A stretch of 64,000 nt of DNA, from NCBI RefSeq assembly GCF_000143415.4, contig NW_003314362.1, positions 124,001-188,000 of the forward strand, written 5' to 3'. This DNA is from Selaginella moellendorffii. Taxonomy: Eukaryota > Plantae > Lycopodiophyta. Below are positions 25,479 to 35,035 of the stretch, in pieces. Numbering within the stretch: position 1 is the stretch's first letter; each line of letters opens with the position of its first letter. The notes under the pieces are model-generated. The model did not search any database. It was not told where the DNA came from and saw only the letters and a list, made by a program, of their open reading frames with translations. Position numbers and translations under genes: made by a program.

Positions 25479-28400
25479 CCGGTCTCGGTCTCGACTTCGG
25501 ACTCCATCTCGGACTCCATCTCGGACTCCATCTCGGACTCCATCTCGGGTCCATCTCGGGTCCATCTCGGACTCCATCTCGGACTCTATCTCGGGTCCAT
25601 CTCGGACTCCATTTCGGGTCCATCTCGGGTCCACCTCGGACTCCATCTCGGACTCCATCTCAGACTCCATCTCGGGTCCATCTCGGACTCCACTTCGGAC
25701 TCCAACTCGGGTCCATCTCGAGTCCATCTCGGGCTCCATCTCGGGTCCATCTCGGACTCCACTTCGGACTCCAACTCGGGTCCATCTCGGGTCCACCTCG
25801 GACTCCACTTCGGACTCCATCTCGGACTCTTCCACGTGTCATGTGTTGGTCCTTTTGGGTCCCTTTTTGGAGCCTCGCCTTTTGCTCGCTTCGTGCTCGT
25901 TCCTCGAGCACTTCGTTGGGAGTTCCACTCCCGCTCTTGACTTTTCAAGTCGGAGCTTTTGGTCCAAACGTGTTACGCTCGTTTGGCTCTCGCTTCGGCC
26001 ACTACCATGTGGCGCCCTTCTGGCTCCACTTTGGGGCCTAGGGATTTTGTGTCTCAAATGGGATTCCTTTGGCAAGGGGTTCTCATGAACCCACCAACAT
26101 AGCCTCAAGGTATCACACCTTGGCACATTTGGTGTCTCCACACCATCGGCTCCACGAGCCTACCTCTATGACATTTCCCCTTCGTGTTTAAGTCTTTGCC
26201 AAGACCAACACCGCTCTTTCTCATGCCAACCATCCGTTAGCACTGCACCATAGAGGTCACACACAACTTTATGTCAAAGTTGTTTTCTTCTGGGAACACC
26301 TTTTTCATAACTTTAGCATGGCACATTTTGCTATCGATGAGATACCCTCTGTTCTCATCCTTGGATCCTATGATCCCCCCCCATCCTTTGTGGGGTACAA
26401 CACACCTCAGTCCAAATGCTTCCATCAGTCCTTTTAGGACCATCCGTTGACTCTACTTGAGTCATCCAGCAGTTTTGGACTTGGTTAATCCACAGACCTG
26501 TAAGGTCCTACTTGTGAGGCACTAGCTCACTGGAATACACTTCTTGCATTCCTGTCCTACTCAAAAGGACTATTTTCACAAGTGTTACTCCGACACTTGA
26601 TTTTGTTTTCTGGGGGCAACCTTTGCCCCTTAGGACTACTTGTCCATGTGATGAGAACACCAACTCATCCACTTAATACACCCCCAACTCCTTGGGTTGT
26701 TCCAGCATTTATTAGAGGTAGCCCCGGCTACCTTTTCAAGGACTTGAGTCCTCTTCCGTATTTGACCTCCCACGGTCATTACTTCTGGTCTCACATTCAT
26801 GAGGACCAACCTCAACTATATGAGGAAAATCTTGTGACTCCTTTATTGCTTTGGAGTCTTTATCTTTCCCGTGATCCCAACTGTAGTTGTTTACCACAAC
26901 TACATTAGCCAATTTGCTAAGTCAAACGCTCATCTGGATCACATCCTCAACTCTTTGAGGAAAACCATATACTGTTCCCAAGATCCCAAAGTCGTTCTAT
27001 TATTGGCCCTTTTCTATCCACCACCTTGTCTACAAGTTCACATATGAACTGTAATGGAGAGCCATATCTTCCCGACCTGCTACTCCTCAAGGGTAGGCCC
27101 ACTTCTCGGACCTTCCGTTGCCAACACCAATGGTGATATACTTGAGCACCAATAAAAGTCGGACTAAGGAACAGCTCCGATACCAAATTGTAAGCGACTA
27201 AATTTTTCCATTCTACTTTAGTCACTTAACCACACCTCCGACCACTTGGAGGAGTCTCATTCACAACCTCCATAAGCCCAACTCAGGACTTGGGGCTTGC
27301 TAGCCCCGAGAATGGCATCCATGCCACTCAACCTTAGCACTTGGTCCAAGTGCTCCACATGTCCGATCCCATGATCGACACCCCAAGGTGCCACTGACAT
27401 ATCGGCCCGTTACGCTAAGGCTATGCCCATTTACCTTGGTCACACTGGTGGTCCAACACCACCTACATTCCAATCCCGTCTCTCAAAGACTGGGTCATCC
27501 GTCCATGAGTGGTCATCCTAGATCCACTCCTTAACATCCTTAGGATACCTACAGACATGGGGAATAGCCTTCCCCAATATCTCTGTTCCGGTCCCCACCA
27601 AGTCCCTTTCTGTCCTTGGCTGTGTTCGCCAACACTGCCACTAGATCGAGGCCCACCGGCCCGACCACTAAGTCCCACTATCCTCTAGGACTTCCTCACT
27701 GTGTGACTTTGTCCTTGGTCACCACACCGGAGGGCTACCCCTCTTCCTTTCCACAGTCTTGGACTTTGGGACACCATTTCGGAACACCGTGGCCTTACGC
27801 AAGCCTCGTGGGTACTCTCCCCGCCTTTCGTCTTTAGGTGCTCTAGCCATGGGCTTAGAGCGAGGTTCCGTTGAGCCACACCAGGTATCCAAGTAGGTAG
27901 TGCCACCCACACTTGGACTGGGAGCATCGGCCAGTCGATCTCCCGGGGGAACTAGAGCCGGCTCTTGAACACTTCACCAAGCTACCCCGCTTGTCGGTCC
28001 GTGTTCACTCTAGTCTTGGACTTCCCAGTGGGCAGCTCATCACCCAACACTGGGTCCGGCCTTCCTGGGCCAAACTGGCCTTTCCTGGCCAAACTGGCTC
28101 CACTGCAGTCCTCCCCCTACTATACTTTTGGAGCTCACCAAACCCCCCAGGGTCTGGGAGACGAACGCTTTGGGCTTTCACCCTCTCAGGCTCCGGACTC
28201 GGACTCGGACTCGGACTCGGACTCGGACTCGGATTCGGACTCGGACTCGGGCTCGGGCTCAGTCTCGGCCTCGGCCTCGGTCTCGGTCTCGGTCCCGATC
28301 TCGGTCTCGGTCTCGGTCTCGGTCCCGGTCTCGGTCTTGACTTCGGACTCCATCTCGGACTCCATCTCGGGTCCATCTCGGACTCCATTTTGGGTCCATC

Positions 28401-28873
28401 TCGGGTCCACCTCGGACTCCATCTCGGACTCCATCTCGGACTCCATCTCGGACTCCATCTTGGACTCCATCTCGGACTCCATGTCGGGTCCATCTCGGGT
28501 CCACCTCGGACTCCATCTCAGACTCCATCTCGGGTCCATCTCGGACTCCACTTCGGACTCCAACTTGGGTCCATCTCGGGTCCACCTCTGACTCCACTTC
28601 GGACTCCAACTCGGGTCCATCTCGGACTCCACTTCGGACTCCCATGTGTCATGTGTTGGTCCTTTTGGGTCCCTTTTTGGAGCCTCGCCTTTTGCTCGCT
28701 TCGTGCTCGTTCCTCGAGCACTTCGTTGGGAGTTCCACTCCCACTCTTGACTTTTCAAGTCGGAGCTTTTGGTCCAAACCTGTTACGCTCGTTTGGCTCT
28801 CACTTCGGCCACTACCATGTGGCGCCCTTCCGGCTCCACTTTGGGGCCTAGGGATTTTGTGTCTCACATGTTC

Positions 28874-30436
28874 ATGCTTTGCGGACGTGGCGGCACTATC
28901 TTTATGGTGCAGTGTTCGTGGTGTTGACAGATCACAAACCACTTGTGTATCTTTTCACACAGAAGGAGTTGAACACTAGACAAGCTCGTTGGATGGTCAA
29001 ACTCATGGAGTTTGGGGAGTTTCCTATTGAGCATCGTCTGGGAAAATCAAATGTGGTGGCGGATGCTTTATCTCGTGTTCGTCATGTGACGATGTTACGA
29101 ACACGATTTTGTCATCAGTTGAGTAAGGTGGTTAGCGAGTTTGGGCAGTTGGTTGAGCATGCTCAGGCTCAGGATGCTGAGGTGGCCTCTTTGTGAGACC
29201 AGATGGAAGCTCCTTTCTCATTGGTGGATGGGATTCTCTACTACAATGGCCGTGTCTATTTGCCACGGGTGGATGCGTTAATTACTCAAGTTTTATTCCA
29301 CTATCATGATCGTCCAGAGGCCGGTCATTTTGGGGGGAAGAAGACGTATGAGTTGATTAAGCGCAACTTTTATTGGAGGAATATGAAGGCTGATATCCTC
29401 AAGTATTGTAAATCATGCAAGCTTTGTCAGCGGGTTAAAGTGCCACGGGAGAAGCCGGGGGGGACTTTTGTAACCTTTACCTATTCCTCAGAGCCATTGG
29501 TGTAGTATCTCTATGGACTTCATCACTTGTTTGCCATGAACACAGAGGCAAAAGGAGCAAGTATGGGTCATAGTAGATCGGTTGACGAAGTATGTGCGGT
29601 TGTTGGCTCTTCGGAAGACTGTCACTGCCTCCGACTTGGCTGCGGTTTACTTGGAGAAGGTTTTTCCTGATTTTGGTTTGCCGGAAGACATCATTAGTGA
29701 TCGAGATTCAAAGTTCACCAGTGGATTTTGGAAAAGCTTTGCAAAGGCTATGCAAGTGACTTTGAAACTCTCGAGTGGAGATCATTCTCAGACGGATGGG
29801 CAAACTGAGCATGTGAATCAGGTGGTGGAGGATATGCTACGTTGTAGCATTGGTCAAAAGCAAGGACAGTGGGATCTATATCTTCCGTTGGTGCAATTTG
29901 CTTACAACAATAGCCAACACAGTGGAACCAAGTTAAGTCCTTACTTTGCGATGTTTGGAAGGCATCCTCGAATAGCGGTGGAGTTGGGATTGCATTTGAG
30001 TAAGGACGTTCAAGAAAAGCTTGATTCCGAGGCAACTGATCTGGCCATAGAACTTGATGAGATTCTGGTGGTATGCAAACGGAATTTGCAAGCAGCTCAG
30101 GATAGAGCGGAGAAGTTTGCTAATGAGCATCGCCAATTCCGGGAATATAAGGTGGGTGATCTCGTCTTCGTGTGAGTGATCTTTCCGTCAAGTGAGCGGC
30201 GGAACACCTTGGTGCCTTTACGGATAGGGAAAAGTGATAAACTCTCCCATCGATATGCTGGTCCATATGAAGTGTTGGAGCACATTGGTAAAGCGGCTTA
30301 TCGGGTGCGGCTGCCAGCTGGGGTGAAAATTCATTTGGTATTTTATGTCAGCCAGTTGAAAGGTGTACTATCTCGGAGTGACGGGCCCAATGCCTCTTTG
30401 ATGTATACGGCTGTGGACGATGGACCAGGAGCTTGA
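28874..30436 (+). pseudogene. Gypsy pol, 3' part (rest of RNase H, integrase, GPY motif)
   Basis: HALRTWRHYL...TDHKPL...NVVADALSR resumes the interrupted frame; HHCC, DDE core and YAGPYEVL follow. Stops at 29194, 29537 and 30173, +1 frameshift near 29461. No chromodomain visible. Confidence 0.9.
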
Positions 30437-30703
30437 GCAAGATTCCCCAGAAAGGGTGATCACCGGTACAACTCGTCCTTGGGACAAGGACTTTGTTGGG
30501 GGGGAAGAATTGTTAGGCGCCAGCTTTGACTATGTGGTCAACGTCGGTCAAAGGGAGGCTCAAGGGTATATTAAGGCATGTTAGGGTAAGGGACTTAACC
30601 TACCCTAGGGCTCACAGTGGAGCTTTTGAGGTAGCTCGGGGGTGGTTGGGTGGTGAGGAACCTCAAGAGGTGGCGTAGCATAGGATAATGCAACGAGATC
30701 TTT

Positions 30704-30775
30704 GAGTTGCTAATATATCTCACTTACAAGCCCAAGTGCAAACTCGTGTAAACAATACATCTTAATCCATCCTAA
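30704..30775. repeat. Inverted duplicate of unique flank 11740-11810
   Basis: agttgctaatatatctcacttacaagccc...atccatcctaa is the exact reverse complement of 11740-11810, as read by eye. Confidence 0.9.
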
Positions 30776-31160
30776 TGTAATCTCCTGAATTTGGACTTCC
30801 CGGAAGGTCACCCAACCCAGTACTATTCAAACCCAATGACGCTTAACCCCAAGTATCCCAAGACCATTAACCGATTGAAAAAGGGGGTGCACTCTTGTTC
30901 ATAGGCCCTTTCCCTCTATATTTGAATCCTAATGGATCGTCTCTAGAGTCGTTCCCTTTGGTTGCTTACAATCCACCACGCTTCTTTGCAAGTTCACGCC
31001 CTCGTGAACGGAAGCTAAGAGCCGTAGCTCTCCCAAAAGCCCCGCTCTCTTGACACCTACCCCTTGGGTTGAGCCCAGCAGGAGCAAACTGGACTAGCCA
31101 GATGTCTCAATCAACATGTGGTGTGATTCCCCTAGCCAACCAACAAAGTCGGACCCGAGA
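30776..31160 (-). mobile_element. Truncated Cassandra-like TRIM (3' LTR, PPT and most of the internal domain)
   Basis: LTR 30776-30970 is homologous to 11545-11739 and carries the 5S segment at ~30793-30850. 30971-31160 is homologous to the reverse complement of internal region 31647-31848. Confidence 0.82.
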
Positions 31161-31435
31161 CCGAATGTTAGCATATTGGTGGTTACCATGAGTTAAACCA
31201 TGTATCATGGGTAAAAGATTATAAGTAGATCAATTAGGTAGTTGTAGTACATATGATCATGGGATGATATTTAAATAAACTGTTTCTTTGGAACCTTGAG
31301 GGATAAATGGGGATAAAATAACCATTAACAATTGCCCCTTTTCCAGTTGGCTTAAAAGGAGAGATAAAATAGCCACTAAGGGTTTTCTTATCAAACAATT
31401 GCCCTTTTTCCAGTTAGATTAATAGGAAAGATAAA

Positions 31436-32019
31436 TATAAATAACCAAAAAAAACGACTTGAGAGATGATCTATAGGAGTTCAACTATAAAGAGAAATGG
31501 CCCATGAATAAAAGTGCACCTCTTTTTCCAATCGGTTAAAGGTCTTAGGATATTTAAGGTTAAATGTTTTTGGATTTAAATAGTACTAGGCTGGGTGACC
31601 TCTTGGGAAATCCAAACTTAGGAGCTTACATTTGGTATTGGAGCAATGTCGGGTCCAACTCTATTGGTTGGCTAAGGAATCACAATTAGGGGAATCGCAC
31701 CATATGTTAATTAACATTTGGTAAGTCTAGTTTGCTCCGGTTGGGCTCGATTTGAGGGTAGGATGTTAAGAGAGCGAGGTTCTTAGGAGAGTTGTGGCTT
31801 TTAGATTTTGTTCATAAAGGCATGAATTTGCAGAGAAGCCTAGTGGATTGTAAGTAACTAAAAGGAATGACTTGAGAAACGATCTATAAAGGTTTAAATA
31901 TAGAGGGGAAAGGCCTATAAATAATAATACACCCTTTTTTCCAATCAATTAAGGGTCTTGGGATACTTAGGGTTAAACATCCTTGAGTTTGAATAATACT
32001 AAGTACTCAAGAGCTTACA
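31436..32019 (+). mobile_element. Full-length Cassandra-like TRIM (584 bp)
   Basis: 5' LTR 31436-31630; PBS TGGTATTGGAGC 31633-31644; ~218 bp non-coding interior; PPT-like GAGAAGCCTAGTGGA; 3' LTR 31849-32019. 31581-31613 TAGTACTAGGCTGGGTGACCTCTTGGGAAATCC is near-identical to plant 5S rRNA TAGTACTAGGATGGGTGACCTCCTGGGAAGTCC. Confidence 0.85.
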
Positions 32020-32338
32020 TGTAGCACATGTGATCATGAGATGAGATTTGGATATATTGTCACCGTGGATCCTTAGAACTTTGAGGGATAAATGGGGATA
32101 AAATAGCCACTAAGGGCTCTTTCATCAAACAATTGCCCCTTTTCCAGTTGGTTTAAGAGGAGAGAGATAAGGTGCGTTACAATTGATATCAGAGAAAATG
32201 GCACGAGTTCGATTCCCATTGATTAGTGGCTACCTAAAATAAAATATACCCTTGAGCAAGGTATATTCCTACCTTTAAATTTGAAAATCGTACGTATTGG
32301 GCATCCATGCGTACGTCCTTCCTCTTTGTGGAGCATCC

Positions 32339-32586
32339 CAGATGAAGGTATCCACGTGAGACTGCGGTACAGGTGGATGACTAGTTGCATCACATGAAGG
32401 TATCCACGTGAGACTGCGGTACAGGTGGATGACTAGTTGCATCACATGGAATTGAGACTACGGTACAGGTGGATGACTAGTTGCATCACATGGAATAGCT
32501 AGTCTACACAATGGAAGGATTAGTAGATTCAGTGTGGACAACATGGAATAGCTAGTCTACACAATGGAAGGATTAGTAGATTCAGT
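32339..32586. repeat. Two adjacent ~52-53 bp tandem repeats in the second TRIM's interior
   Basis: gagactgcggtacaggtggatgactagttgcatcacatg x3, then acatggaatagctagtctacacaatggaaggattagtagattcagtg x2. Confidence 0.9.
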
Positions 32587-35035
32587 GGGGAAATGGAGGT
32601 CGATCGCTCCTGGACAACAGCGTGCGCCAGAGCCACGGCTACGGATGAAATTTGGATATACTGTCACTGTAAATCTTTAGAACCTTGGGGGATAAATGGG
32701 GATAAAATAGCCACTAAGGGCTCTTTTATCAAGCAATTGCCCCTTTTCTAGTTGGCTTAAGGGGAGAGAGATAAGATGCACTACATTACAATAAAATAAC
32801 TACTAAGGGTTCTTTCATCAAATAATTATCCCTTTTCTAGTTGGCTTAAAGAGAGAAAGATAAGGTGCGCTACAGTAGTGTAAACATAAGCTAGAGATTT
32901 AATCAAAGTTTGAGACTGAAAAGAGAGTCATCAAGGATTAAATATGTAAATCATTTTCTCTTTTTGGAAAGATGATTTAGCAATGAGGTGTGATTTCATT
33001 GCTCATGTTCATATCATGCAATCAAGAATTCCTATCTTGATGCATATTGATAATAGTGGTTTATAAGTGGTGAATCATGAGATGGATAATGGTAAAGCAG
33101 TAAACCATTTTATCTAGGATTGCTATTAAAGACTTGAGTTACAATGCTTAATTTTTTTTAGAGAATCTTACTATTGCTCATTAAGTAGTTTAGTATTGGA
33201 TTAGTTTTGAGTTTATTCAGAAAAAGAGTGGTATGAGTTTGTCCATGTTATGAATAAAGCTAGTGGTGTTAAATGTTATAAATCTATGTGGTATTATGTT
33301 TCATTTTATTAAATAAAGTTGGCATTTGATACTCATTTAAACCTTTAAAGTGACAATGTAGACTTGCTTATAGTGTTGTTTGATTGATGATTAAATCATT
33401 ATAATTTTCATATCATATCCATGTGATAGTGAGTAATATGTTTACAAAGTAGTTTGGTTAAACAATGATCAACCACAAAGTGGTTGATAATGAAGCTAAT
33501 TTATTTATAAGTAGTAATATTGAAATAGCTTTGACTTGGTTCTCAATTGTGGTCCATTATGCTAAACTTGAGTTGGTACCTTGGTCCTTGAGAATTTGTC
33601 CATTATGTGTTAAAATGGGTTACAACATTCACATGTTATGGTTTGTGAGTTTATATATTACCACTGGGAGTAAATTATTGGATGAAGAAAGTGTGAAGGT
33701 GAAACATTCACATTACTAACACTTCTGTTAATGGAAGTAATAATATGGTTTCGAGTGATGAAGATTTTTTCCTTAGAGCTTGATTTTTCATGTTATTTTT
33801 CTTGTTGGATATCTATATTGCACTAACACTCTTTTTTAATCATCTTCAAAATCTAATGTAAAGCCAAAACACTAAAGTATATATTTTCATTTTACAAATG
33901 TCAATGTTGGATTTCAAAACTTGCATTTATAAAGTTACATTAATGTTACTATTTGTAAATAGACTGGCTTCATTAAATGTTACTAACACTGACACTAGAA
34001 GCTTTCCTCGATCCTCACCCACTACTTGAACCTGTAGTAAGTATCTTGTAGCTTATTGTGTTTCACTAAATTTTGAAGTTCACAGACTATGCATTTTATG
34101 CAAACAATGGAAAAGAGTATACATGTGATTATATAGTGATTTTCAATTCTATGTTTTTACTTTTCTATAGGATCTTAACTGTTATGGATGTAATATATCT
34201 TTATAACAATATCTGGAGTGCAATTCCAACTTACAATATTCAACCCAAATCAAGTAAAGTGAGTAAAATGTTAAAAACAATTTTAGCAAATTTTTTCATT
34301 GAATTTTTCCTTTCATTATTAAAAAAAATGGTGTAGGCATCTAAGCATTATGGTGGTGTAACAAATGTAAGTCTTTTTTCTTTGGAACCAATTTCACAAA
34401 TTTTATTTTTTATTTTATTTTTTATTTTATTTTTGTAAATGTAGGAGAACGAGCCAAAGTGGCTCAAATTGCAATTGCAAGCCTTACAAACCATTCATAG
34501 AAATGGTCATTTAAGGCAAGAGTCACTCACAAGGACTCTATTAGATAACTAGCAATTGCCCAGCAAATGCTGGGTGGTTGGCAAATTTGATGCCATTTGA
34601 AGAGGTTTTCTAAGCTTAGCTATGTTTGCTGTTTGATCAACTCCACAATTGAAAGACATTCTCATAACGAAATGTGTTATGAGCATTATATAAGCTAGAT
34701 TAGATAACTGTTGAGTTGCATTCCTCCATTTTGAACACAAAAAGCCTAAAGAATACTTCCAAGTTCATCTTTGGTGCAAGTGTTGGTACTTGCTCCTCAG
34801 CCTGCTAGAGAGGTTCCTGGGATGAGCGAGAAACCATTATATTGCAATGAGAGCTGCACTCAAAAAGCAATAGGATGAAAACTGTACCTCTGCCATTAGC
34901 AACTAAATAGCACATGCCATAACCAAAATGGGACAGCACCCAAGGCACACTTGTCAATGCCAGCTTTGTTGTGGTGTGCATTTGAAACTCACAACTTCAT
35001 GGTTGGATATAGAATTGTGCCATTTTTTTGTCAGT

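Larger units (their letters stand above)
15718..28868 (-). mobile_element. Non-autonomous LTR retrotransposon complex with four LTRs, nested in the Gypsy RNase H
   Basis: TGTAAGCGAC...GTCTCACA; TSD TTTTC (15713-15717) / TGTTC (28869-28873). LTRs at 15718-17280, 21398-23225, 24321-26056 and 27189-28868. A minus-strand Met-type PBS (tccgatacca) lies left of LTRs 2, 3 and 4; PPT right of LTR1. No long internal ORF. Confidence 0.92.
12760..30703 (+). mobile_element. Ty3/Gypsy LTR retrotransposon with both LTRs truncated at their outer ends, interrupted by a nested element
   Basis: 5' LTR remnant 12760-12903 (ends GATCATAACA); tRNA-Met PBS TGGTATCAGAG 12905-12915; domain order gag-PR-RT-RH-INT; PPT GGGGGGGAAGAA before the 3' LTR, which starts TGTTAGG at 30511. 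The two LTRs share cctaccctagggctcac...gagatctttg. Confidence 0.92.
31243..32874 (+). mobile_element. Composite of a second TRIM family enclosing a Cassandra-like element
   Basis: Starts TGTAGTAC, ends GTGCGCTACA, flanked by GTAGT on both sides (31238-31242, 32875-32879). LTR copies at 31243-31435, 32020-32181 (followed by PBS-like TGATATCAGAG) and ~32642-32874. Confidence 0.75.

Noticed and set aside
31581-31613. 5S rRNA gene
   Set aside because: Only the ~55 nt A-box to C-box portion is present, embedded in TG...CA LTRs; the 5' part and oligo-T terminator are absent.
32339-32586. Repeats that superficially resemble a CRISPR array
   Set aside because: Contiguous tandem duplications without unique spacers, in a plant TRIM, with no cas genes.
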